Shown: one piece after another, positions 53,179 to 64,000 of the stretch
Layout of the letters: each line of letters opens with the position of its first letter
Position numbering within the stretch: the first letter of the stretch is position 1
From: Lama glama
Lineage: Eukaryota
Length of the DNA: 64,000 bases
Direction of reading: 5' to 3'
NCBI GenBank assembly: GCA_028534125.1
Contig: CM052816.1
Location: 22,756,001 to 22,820,000 of the forward strand
Translations under genes and position numbers: made by a program
Notes under the pieces: model-generated
Database searches by the model: none
Seen by the model: only the letters and a program-made list of their open reading frames with translations
What the model was told of the DNA's origin: nothing

Positions 53179-53790
53179 AAGCAATATGGATTTCCAGAAG
53201 GCAATAAGAGATAACTGCTAATTGGGCAAATGGTTGAAAGTGGAGTACTGATTCCAAAAACTCTCTAACTGTCCTGTGGTTCCAGAACTCAAGGCATCTT
53301 CTGGGGTCAAAGTGTAGACTATAAGGATGAAATATGGTGGACCCTCCACGACTTCAGCTGTATTCACACGATAAAGACTGTGCAAAGAAGTACAACGGGG
53401 CAAGTTGGTGGACATGCCGTGACAGGCTCGGCAATTATCTTTTTTTCCCATTCCTGTCTCAGAGTCCAATCAGGCACAAGATGAATTTTTATAAAACAGT
53501 ATTCAATATACATGTATGTTTTTGCCACAGGGATATCTGAATTCATCAGCATGCTGTCATAATCAAGTATGGAGCAAAGTGGAGCTGATAATTACCCAGA
53601 ATTTAATACACTATATTGAAGATGTCCCAATGATTATATTTTTAGGGGAAGAATTACTAGAAAGAGTAGTTAGGACTGTAGTTATCCACATGACAAATAA
53701 AGACTGGTCCATAAACCTTCCTAATGTTCAAGGCCTGGCCCAGGACTTGAAATCTAGGGGAATTACACGGGATAGAATAACCAGAAAATA
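53179..53790 (+). pseudogene. pol: Class III (ERVL/ERV-S-like) endogenous retrovirus pol reverse-transcriptase fragment
   Basis: Frameshifted translation KQYGFPEGNK/EITA/IGQMVESGVLIP/NCPVVP/VDYK/PIPVSESNQAQ, then ORF 53516-53854 FLPQGYLNSSACCHN...LIHYIEDV...WSINLPNVQG; collinear with ERVL RT motifs LPQGYINSPALCHN, VHYIDD and WEINPTKIQG. Confidence 0.9.
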
Positions 53791-53859
53791 CATTTTACCT
53801 CTTGTTTTACCTCTTACTAACTTTGCTAATAAACGAGAAACTGATATTACATAACCTCC

Positions 53860-55320
53860 AAATACACTGTTCTCTTTAAACTTTAAATTGTTAACTCTCT
53901 CTTCTCTCAGAGAGATTAAAAGGACAAAAGTCTTCATATTCACCCCTACCTTTATCTTCACCAGTGCTTTCATATTCTTTATGTAGATCAAATTTCCATT
54001 TGTTATACTATCCCTTATGCCTGAAGAACTTCCTTTAATATTTCTTGAATTGCAAGTGTGCTTGCAATGAGTTCTCCCAGCTTTTGTTTTTCTAAGATCC
54101 TTACTTTGCCTTTATTATTGAAAGACAGATGTGCTGAGTATATCTGGACAAGGTTTTTATAAAATTTCAGAACACCAAGATAATGCTCTGTTTTTTCTGA
54201 CTTGGATTGTTTCTGATGAAAAGTATGCCATCATTTATTTTTGTTTCTCTGTATCTAATAATTCTTTTCTTCCCCTCTCTGTTTGCTTTCAAGGTATGTT
54301 CTTTATTTTTGGTGTTCAGAAGTTCAGCTGTCATGTGTCTAGATGTCGTTTTATTTTGTTCTTTTAATTTTGTTTTTTCTGTCAGGGTTTTCTAAGTTTC
54401 AGTATTTTATTTTACTAGTTTTAGAAATTCTTGGCGATCACTTTTTCAGACATTCCCTTGGTCCTGCTCTTTTGTGTCTTGGCCTTTCTGGAGTCTAATC
54501 ACATCTATGTTGGACTCCTCAGTATCGTCCCACAGCTGCCTGCCTCATCACTTTCAAATTCCTCCAGTCACGGGTTTCTATTCCCTTTTACTCAGGGTGT
54601 GGCCTAAGATGCCACAGCATTTTTCTCAGTGTTTCTACTTCACCCGTGGCTTTCAGTAGTTCCCGAATGTCTGTGACACAGAGAGGGTATTTTCTTATTC
54701 TTCCTTAACAGGCTGCTGGGCTCATGATGGTGCAGCAAGGAAATACTCAGTTCTACTGAAGCTGTTCAGCTTCAGTACAGGGTGGGCCTGTGCTGGGCCT
54801 TGGATAGGAGGCCTTTTAAGCACTCCCGCTCCTCCTTTGCATGACAGCTGAACTTACCTGCATCTGCGCTGGGTCCTGGGCACGGGATTTCCTGCTCCTG
54901 CTCCAACTGAGCAGACTTCTGTTTTGTGCTGATGCCAGAGCCTGGGACCAAGTGATATTCTTCCTTCTCCTGCAGGGCAGAAGGTTTCTACTCTACCCTT
55001 CTCTAGAAACAGTGTATTTTTATCTGAGTCCCAGGGTTGGAAGGGTCTGAAATCCCCTCTCAAGGCCCCTGTGCTTTTATTTATGTGATAGTAGGATCCA
55101 GAAAAGCAGTTTGTAGTTTCTGTCTGAATCAACTGGCAGCTGATAACCATTTGCACACCTGCATGGTGGAGGGGGCAATTTCCAACCTCCTGCTTTTTTG
55201 TGGACACTGGGTGGACGCCTGTGCAAAAGCAGCATAGCTAATACGGCCTCCCTCCTCACTAAAGCTCTCATTTATTCTGAAATGATTTGCTAGCCCTGGT
55301 TAGTTGGCTTGCTTATTGCA
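53860..55320 (-). mobile_element. Old L1 5' UTR/ORF1 region, antisense
   Basis: gcctgaagaacttcctttaatatttctt...tctcccagcttttg...ttgaaagacag...ttgtttctgatgaaaagtatgcc; GC-richer 5' UTR-like tail at 54600-55320. Confidence 0.7.
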
Positions 55321-57410
55321 CAGCTATCAAGGAGGTAAAGGGCTACAGGGCTATAGTCTGTTACAAAGGATATAACCTGGGCCACACAGGCACGGAAAAT
55401 CAGGAAGACAGGCTTCCTCCTGCCCTTGAGCTTAAAGAGGAGTAAGCAACTTACTCAACACTAACAGAGGTTAAGACATAAATTTTCAGTTTCCAGCAGC
55501 ATAAATCCTTCTTCATAAGAAATGTTAAGCGGGATCCCAAAAATCAAGAGAAATAAGCAGGATTTTATCAATACTATTTAACTATGTTTGATTAAATGGG
55601 TAATATTTACTTATCAGAAAGTAAATGAAATGACAAGTTAGTTTTTGATGAGTACAGGTATTTAAAATTTGGACTGACTTAACATGGACAACTGAGTGGT
55701 TATGGTAAAATGTTTTTAATAGTTTATCTTGTATTCTTAGGATACTCTTCAGTGAAAAACAACTGGCAAGAAAAGATTTTCTCCTTGAAAAATGCATGAA
55801 TATGAAGAAATCTGACAGAAAATTAACATACTGATTATCTTTAATATGCTAAATGATGCTACTTAACACATTTGTATTTTTAATTACATTTTAAATTAAT
55901 TAAAAATTTTAAATTAAATTTTGCAAAATCCTGAACCACCTCTAGAGACCTAGCATGCATGTGAGTCATTAATTTATAAGAAAAAATTATCCATAAAAAT
56001 AACGAAATAAATAAAATACATATAATTTCTAATTAGTCTGATGAGGGTAAATATACTAGTTCCCATTTTCAGCTAGATATTCTGAACGAAGCTCAACACC
56101 TGGTTTGCTCTCACATTTTTCCAAAATTGAATACATTAGTTACTATTTTAAGATATTCAAAGAGGCTTTCTAAGAAATTTAACTTCATAATACCAACTAA
56201 AATAGTTCTCTCTTGAGAGACTAAGCCATTAAATCACTCCAGTAAAAGCATACAAGTTATTTTTTTGTTCAATTAAATTTATCTAAAACCTACGTTTGGG
56301 GGAGAAACAACTCTCAGATTAAAAAAAAAAAAAAGAAACAAATATAATCTTTATGCCTTGAAAACCAGTGCGAGATGTGACAAGTCACAGCCTTAAAAAT
56401 GACCATTATGATATTTCAATGACAGTCTTATCCACAGGAGATTATATTTTAGCTTTCCAAATTCACCGCTGTAAATTCAGCCTCTACCAAATTAAGAACA
56501 CTTTAATCTCTCCACAACATACTCTGGCTGGAGATTTAGGCACCTTTCAAATACAAAGTGATTAGTATTCAAACATTTTTGCTTTTCAAAAAAAAAGCTT
56601 CTGAACAAATTGATGTGTAAATTACACAAACTATCAGTTCCATCTCATTATTAAAGAACAGCATTTGGCACTTTCTCTGCCAGGTCCTTTGTTTTAATAT
56701 AAAAAAAGTCTTATAATTTGTGATAGCTGGAGTCCACTGGCTTGTTTACAATGCTTTCATCAGATTCCCTGTGTCTCTTGAAGACCAGCTGAATCTCATT
56801 TCCCTTCCATTTTGGATTACACATTTGGAGCACCACGTAATGGCCCTGGCTATATGAGCAGTAGCAGAATGATTCCAGAACTGTTCCAACCATTGCTTTC
56901 AGCTTTAATTCACTTTCATTAGTCTTTGATTGTGTTGACAAGACCCAGCTGTGAGTTTGATTATTAATGCTTCTATAAAGTCTCGGTGCTTATGACACCA
57001 TCAGAGCAGGAGAAACCAGGACTGGTATCTTAACTAAAGAGGTTATAATTTAATGTGATTTTAAATTGTCTGATAAAAATGTGACAACACTTTTACATCG
57101 TTCAAAAGATGATTCTTCTGCCACAGCAAATAAAAAAGATAAAAACTTTGTATAAGCTAACATCCTGGTTTTGCACTAACGGAAGCTGTATGATTCCAAA
57201 GTTACTGATACAAAACTACGATTATAAAACAAATATTGTAAAAGCCAGAATTAAACAAATCCACACAGAAAATTCTATCACAGTCATTTTTGGTTTAATT
57301 ATTCTGTGGAGTTATGTGGAAAGATCATATTGATGGCTATTTGCTAAAGATTTTTTTCTAGCAGTGATGGATGAAATTTCATAATAAATCGTTCACCATT
57401 TGGGGGGAAC

Positions 57411-57980
57411 TGTGAAAGCTTTGTAATGTGTCACTTGGATAAGTAGAAACCTACGTTACTTAGAATTCCCTTTTTCCACAAGGAGATTCTTGCAAGCTTC
57501 AGAAGAACTAGGAAAATGAGGCAGCCATTTTGTCACTGACCCACTTGTTGCTGACTGGCTGACTCACCTCAAAGGCCTGAAGCAGCATTTGGACCTGTAA
57601 TTCTCTACCTTTTCTGGATTCACCTTGAGTTTTTTTGGTTCCTGAGCCAAGTGTGTGTTTAACTCTGCAATAAAGGCTGCAGGACATCCATTTCACCAAG
57701 GTCAAAGGAAACAAGAATGGACATGAGTTTCAGTTCATCCTCTTGGGGTTTCAGCACTTTCTCATAGGGTTCCAGCTCATGCTTGTGATTTTCCCTTCCT
57801 GATTTCCTATGAACTTCAAGCTCAGGTATCAGATGCGGAGACAGACACAGCTTTAAAAAGACTGCTTAACCAGCCCTTGTGATTGTGTAAGCCAATTACC
57901 TGCAACAAATATGTGTATGTAGGTGTATATAAATTTATCTAACTGGTTCTGCTTCTCTAGTTGAATCCAGAATTCCTAAC
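57411..57980 (+). mobile_element. ERVL LTR (MLT2E/F-like)
   Basis: Starts tgtgaaagctttgtaatgtgtcacttgg...agaattccctt; ends ttgtgtaagccaatt...ctggttctgcttctctagttgaatcc. Confidence 0.75.
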
Positions 57981-58144
57981 CAAACTTTGATCCTAGTTGA
58001 AAAAGAGAGAATGGACTTTTTATTTGCTGTGGGAGGTGTAATGTTTTTGTGCTTGAAAAAGGAAGGATGGCTGTATCCAAAAAAAGGAAAAGAAAGGAAA
58101 AGGCTGTGGAGTTGTGGATGATAAAAAAGTATGTGAAATCAGTA

Positions 58145-58620
58145 CAGCCTACCTCGTTTTACTGCACTTCGTAGATACTATGTTTATTTTACAAATAGAA
58201 GGTTTGTGTCAACCCTGCTTGTTAAGCAAGACTATCAGTGCCATTTTTCCAGCAGCATTTGCTCACTCCAGATCTGTGTCACATTTTGGTAATTCTCACA
58301 ATATTTCAAACTTCCCCAATGTTATTATATTTCTTATGGTGATCTGAGATAAGTGATCTTTGATATTGCTACTACTGTGGTATGCTAAAGCTGAAGTCTC
58401 AGATAATGTTTATCATTTTCTGGCAATAAGGTATTTTTAAAATTAAGGTATATATATTTTTAGACATAATGCTATTGTATACTTAAAAGACTGTAATATA
58501 GTGTAAATATAACTTTCATATGCACTGGGAAACCAAAATTCATACATTCTATTTTATTCCAATATTTGTTTTACTGCAGTGGTCTGGAACTGAACCAGTG
58601 ATATCGCTGAAGTATGCCTG
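58145..58620 (+). mobile_element. Internally deleted Tigger1 (TcMar) derivative
   Basis: Both Tigger1 ends present: cagcctacctcgttttactgc... and ...ggtctggaactgaaccagtgatatcgctgaagtatgcctg; TA at 58143-58144; no transposase. Confidence 0.9.
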
Positions 58621-58859
58621 CATATAATATCCTCATTTCATTTTTTAACACTGTTTGTCTCTCTTTTCTTGCTTTCCACAACTCAATGTATTTACTAACA
58701 AAAGATTTGTATAATTGAAATTCATCTTCACTTTTTTTTTTCACACCCAGTAAAATACTATTTCTGCAGTTAAAATCCTAGGTTGATAGCCAATACTGTT
58801 ATTACCTAGTTACATAAATAGACTGCCACCATAAAAATGAGAATTATTATAATCAATAC

Positions 58860-59400
58860 AACCATTATCAATACTCAAGCAGTAAGTGCTACAAGAAAAT
58901 GGGCCAATGTCATCACAACTCCGACGGAAAAGAATTTTGAATCTAAAAGCCTATACATAGCCAAACTTTTAATCGAGTTAAAGGGAAAGTGCTTTTCAGG
59001 CATGGAATAACTCAAGAAGTTTTCCTCCCATTCACACTTTTTGAGAAAATTTACTGAATACATCCTATAAAAATGAAAGAAATTCAAGATAGAAGGTACA
59101 TAAAATCCAAGAAATAGGGCAACTAAACCACAAGAGCAAATGGGAGAAATGTGATGAAGGACAGATGGGCAGGAAGCCTGAAAAATAACTAGTCCAAAAT
59201 GGATAAGGGTAATCTTAACATTTTAGGAATATCCTTAAGAAAAAAGTGGACTTACTGTAATAAATAATATAATGAAGATGGTGAGCAACCTTAGGGACAA
59301 ATTAATTCTTATCCTCTTCTTCTCATCAAGAAAAAAGAAAGATCACTACCCACTCCAGGGGTGCAGAACCAGGAGAGTTGTACAAGAAAGTCATGACAAA
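58860..59400 (+). mobile_element. Old L1/HAL1 ORF1 fragment
   Basis: aagaaaatgggccaatgtc...ttttgaatctaaaagcctatacatagccaaact...ttcaggcatggaataactcaagaag. Confidence 0.55.
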
Positions 59401-59458
59401 AACATCTAATTTTTAGTAATTAATTCTGTGCTAGAAAATGATACATACAGAAGACAAA

Positions 59459-60250
59459 TACCATGTTTTTCAGCTGCCTTAACCCTTTTGCACATCCCTT
59501 CTATGCTTGGAGAACTTTTGTCTCTGAATCTGTATCTTCAAAACAGAAACCCCCAACTCACTTCTCCAGCTTCCCTTTTTAGTCATTCTTGTGATCCAGG
59601 TTCTGTCATTCAGACTCACCCTTATAAGACCCTGATTCCAAATTAGATAATGTGAAGAAGCAATCACCACCTTCTAACAAGGGTTGGCAGAGAAGTCCAA
59701 CCTGCGAGAAGAGGCAGAAGTTTAAACATCAAGTGCCCAGAATACACAGATGTACTCGGGTGACTATGTTTTTAGATGGTAGCAGTGTGGCTTCACTGGA
59801 TTGCTTCCATGATGTAATTTGTCAGTGTTGCTTCCTACAATGCCTCCAAACCTGACTATCTGGTCTTGACAAGAGTCTGAAAACAAATTTACTTTGTTTA
59901 AACTACCTATGATAGGTTGTGCCATTTAAAATTAAGAAAATCCAAAAATACAGTAATTGGTACCAACATTAGTGGCAAAAAGCAGAATTTGAAAGACATG
60001 GAAACTAACAACTGGTTATCTAACGTTAATGAAAATCTCACTAGTCTTTGGGCATGCAACTCTGGCGACCCATAACTGGGAGAGGTAAAATAATTAAGTT
60101 ATCAAGTATAATTTCCTAGAATAAAGTATAGACTGAAGGCAAGACTTAAGAGAACTTGCAACGGCTGCTTATGAACAATAACAAAGACATAAGACTCTTT
60201 TTCTAAACACTGGAGAGAATAAAGAAACAGACTTGACAAATTCAATGTTC
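59459..60250 (+). mobile_element. ERVL LTR33-like LTR (59459-59952) plus start of the internal region
   Basis: ttttcagctgcc...tttgcacatcccttctatgcttggagaac...caggttctgtcattcagactcac...tttaaactacc...aataca, directly followed by gtaattggtacca typical of ERVL internal starts. Confidence 0.7.
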
Positions 60251-60739
60251 TAAATTACTGGCTCAAATCATGGATAAAGAACCAGTGACCTTTATGACTT
60301 TATTAAAAAACTTTCTAATCTCATGTTTTCACAGTGCTGAATTAACTGAAAAATCAATAATAGTTTTATTTTATACGTTGTTAAACTGTATCAATTTAAT
60401 CTGAAATATCATCTGAGTTCTTACAGGACAATCAGAACACTTGTTGGAAAAGAGTGGCATCTTGGGAATTAAAATCAAGATATATAGGTATATTGGGATT
60501 ACTCACAGAACCCCAAACTTCAAGTTCCTTCTGCCATCTTGACAAACTGGCAACTCCTTTTCTGTCTGAGGAGGCTATTCCTGCCTGACACAATTGTCCA
60601 TTGCTTCTTTCCTTCTTTTTCATTGTTCTTCCTAGAACCTTAGGTTACAGTCAACAAACCTCCTTGACAGGAGCTCACTCTATCAACCAACCCTTTACAA
60701 CAAACAGGCTCTTAAATCTGAAGGTTTAAAATGATACAG

Positions 60740-62870
60740 ACTCTGGTTTCACATGTAAGGAGTTCAGAAGCTTCTACTCCATCCTAACAAGTAAAAAGCT
60801 GAACAGACTGAAAAACCAACTCTTCTCAGACCCTTAAGAGAATTGAGGTCACAAGGAAAACTGCTGTTCCCAAAACTGGAGAGACTAATGGGCAAATACA
60901 GAGACTCACAACTTACCTGAACAGAAACTCATAAGCTAAAACCTCTGCGGGAACCAGTTTCTGGTAGGAAAACCAGAATTATAATTGATGAATTGCTGGA
61001 GGGCTCAGAGTGAACAAGTCTGAAGTTTTAAAACCCCAGGGGGGCTCAGTACTAGAACGGAGGGCCCACATTTTTTTGAGTTTTACTGCCAGGAGCTTCA
61101 ACAGGTTTCTCAAAGCAAATATCGGATAAAAGTCCCTCCATGCTTCTGGCCGGGTGAGGGAAAAGTAACTATTTGGTAATTCGCCAGAGCACTCTGTTCT
61201 TAACAAGGCCTAACATCCAAAGGAACTTAGTTAACCAGATCCCAAGCTGCAGGAGCAGTATCAGAGCCTAACTGGCCTGGGAGAAGGGAAATACTGAACT
61301 CCAGCCCTGCTGATGTCATTCTCTCCCACCCATGTAAGGAGGAAGAAAAGAAAAAAAAGATCAACACGTGAGAAATTCACAGTTCAGAGGCACAGGCTCA
61401 CTAAAAGACTGACACCAACATAGGACTACAGAATGCTTCCCCTCTCTTCACACCTCATCACTGTATTACCAAAGGCCCATTTACAGCAGTTTATTTTACC
61501 CACTACATCATAACCAGCAATCAAAACAAAAATCATAAGGCATACCAAAAGGCAAAAAACACAGTATGAAGAGAGAGAGCAAGCATCAGAACCAGGCAGG
61601 AATGTTGGAATTATCAGGTCGGAAATTTAAAACAACTACGATTAATACACTAAGAACTCAAATGGATAAAACAGACAGCATAAAAGAACATGTAAGCAAA
61701 GAGATGCACACACCAAGAAAGAACCAAAAAGAAATGCTAGACATTAAAAAAAAAATCGGTCACAGAAATGAAGAATGCTTTTGATGGGTTTACTAGTAGA
61801 ATGGACACAGCTGAAGAAAGAATCTCTGAGCTTAAGGATATCTCAATAGAAGCCTCTAAAACCAAAGAGCAAAATAAACAGACTGGGCATGGGGACAGAA
61901 CAGAATATCCAAGGAGTGTTGGACAACTACAAAAGGTGTGACATATGTATAATGGGATCACCAAAAAGATAAGAAAGGAACAGAAGAAATGTGTATAACA
62001 ATCATGACTAATAATTTCCCCAACTTAATGTCAGACACCAAACAGATCCAGGAAGGTCAGAGAACATCAAGCAGAATAAATACCCAAAGAATTACACCTA
62101 GGCTTACTGTTTTCAAACTACAGAAAATCAAAGATAAAGAACAATTCTGAAAAATGCCAGAGGAAAAGAACACCTTATTTATAGAGGAACAAAGATAAGA
62201 ATTATGTCTGACCTCTCCTCAGAAACCATGCAAGCAAAGGAGTGCAGTGAATCCTTTAAAGTGTTGAAAGAAAAAAACTACCGACAAAGAATTTTGTACC
62301 CTGCAAAATTTTCCTTCAAAAGTGAAGAAGTAAACATTTTCTCAGACAAATAAAAATTCGGTATATTTGTTGCCTGTAAACTTGACTTGCAGGAAATAGT
62401 AAAAGAAATTATTTGGAGAGAAGGAGACTAATACATCAGAAACTCAGATCTACACACCGAAAAGAAAAGTTTCATAGAATAAAGGTAAAATAAAAACTTT
62501 TATTTTTCTTATTCTTAAATTTACCTAACAGATAATTTGTTCAAAATGATAAAAGCTATAATGCATTCTATTGTACGCTTATGTACAAATGTATGTATGT
62601 GTGCATGCATGTATGTATATGCTTATATATGTATATGTGTACATGTATATATGTATGTAAATGCTTATGTATACTTAAAATGAATGACAGCAACGATACA
62701 TAGAATGAAAAGGAGGAATTAGGATTATTTTGATAATATAAGAAACTTACACTAACCACTAAGTGCTGTAGTGTTATTTGTAAGTGGACCTGGATTAGTT
62801 TTAAGTATTAATTGCAAGAGCAAACACTAAAAAAAATGAAAAAAAAGGTATAACTGATATGCTAGGAAAC
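60740..62870 (+). mobile_element. L1MC-like 5' UTR and ORF1, 3'-truncated
   Basis: 5' end gactctggtttcacatgtaaggag...aaaaagctgaacagactgaaaa; ORF 61566-61784 MLELSGRKFKTTTINTLR...RKNQKEMLDIK resembles the ORF1p coiled coil; gaattttgtaccctgcaaaattttccttcaaaagtgaag is ORF1 C-terminal. Confidence 0.88.
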
Positions 62871-62999
62871 AACTGATATATAGCAGCCTTAGCAAACTAA
62901 TACAGTAGGAATATAAAGGACTTGATCATATTTATTGAATATCAAATAATAGATGCCCCATGTACAATGCATGAAGACTTTATATTCATCACATATAAA

Positions 63000-63790
63000 T
63001 AATGTCTATTCTTCAGTAAGCAAAAGGTAAGTTAATTGATTAAAAATGGACAAACACTAAAGTAATAGCTTACAAAAAAAGCTAAACTAACACATATTCA
63101 TCGAAAAGATGCTCTACCTCACTAGGAACAAGGAAAATACATATTAAAACAACAATAGATTTCATCCTATAGATTCATTGAAATTAAAACTACTGGGGAT
63201 AGTCTGTGAGAGTTATTAGGCAGAGGAAATTTAACAAAATTACTGATAACAGCGTACATAGGTGCAATCTTTTTTGAAGTTAAACATTAAATTTACTTAT
63301 TATTTGGAAACAAAGTTTAATTTTAGATTTTCACAAGAATATCTACATATATTTATATCCATATGAAAGATCTTTAAAAATATCTCTACATATGTATAAA
63401 GATTTTATTAGATTACTGATTATATTAGTAAAAAAATCAGTAACACTGTAAATGTTAACCACTTTTGAGAAATGGTTCTATGAATTAAGTTTTCTCCACA
63501 GAATTTCATACAGTAGTTAAATGAGATCTAAATGCTCTGAAATACAAAGACTGCCATGATTCCATTTAGGTAGAAATATATACATTTCTCTATACAGAAG
63601 TATATATTTGCGTAAGTGCAAAGAAAAAGTCTGAAAGGAGCACATTAAAATTTTTAAAGTGGTTAAGGGTCTCAGATGAAATCAGAGAAGACTGGTAAAA
63701 GAGAATCCCTAATTTTACTCTAAAGCCTGTGATTATATTGTTTTCACATTATTACTGTATATTGACTTTTTTAAAGTCTGTAAAAGACAT
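63000..63790 (+). mobile_element. Old L1ME-like 3' fragment
   Basis: aaaaatggacaaacac...gaaaagatgctctacctcactag...aaggaaaatacatattaaaacaacaatag. Confidence 0.6.
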
Positions 63791-64000
63791 TCTATTTTTG
63801 TACTACTTTACCCCTGATCATATCCCTGTACCTATAATAGAATATGGCAAATTAATAGATACCCATTAAATATTTTGTATTCAATAAATGGGAGGAGGTT
63901 TCCATTCAATAAATGGAGTCAATAAATGTTTATTCAATAAACAAATCTTGAGAGAAAATGATTTTAAATGAATATAAAAGACAAAAATGAAAAAATAACA

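Noticed and set aside
56711..56941. 76-aa minus-strand ORF in the unique segment
   Set aside because: Non-ATG start, no homology recognised and no convincing splice context
63878..63942. Four clustered AATAAA hexamers as a gene polyadenylation site
   Set aside because: They are short duplications of an L2-like 3' end motif (caataaatg); no upstream terminal exon is evident

Overview
AT-rich, CpG-depleted mammalian genomic DNA, either intronic or intergenic. No intact protein-coding gene, RNA gene or CRISPR-like array is supported. The recognisable ORFs in the track are retroelement debris, and the rest are chance ORFs or run through an N gap. Much of the window is layered transposable-element fossils: L1 of several ages, L2, MIR, a long CR1/L3, MaLR (MLT1) LTRs, ERVL and ERV1 LTRs, a class III ERV reverse-transcriptase fragment, MER58/MER5 (hAT) and a Tigger1 derivative. 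The youngest L1 3' UTRs, with no primate, ruminant or pig SINEs seen, suggest a camelid genome (inference from recalled consensus sequences). There is an exact 500-N scaffold gap at 25432-25931. I found no convincing new multi-gene system. The best leads are DNA-repair and retrotransposition scars (a templated insertion inside L3, a template-switch palindrome, a twin-priming L1 inversion), the ERV pol fossil, an AG|GT recursive-splice-like site with + strand micro-exon candidates, and a few motif-dense unique segments. Repeat family names and boundaries come from recognition by eye and are approximate.
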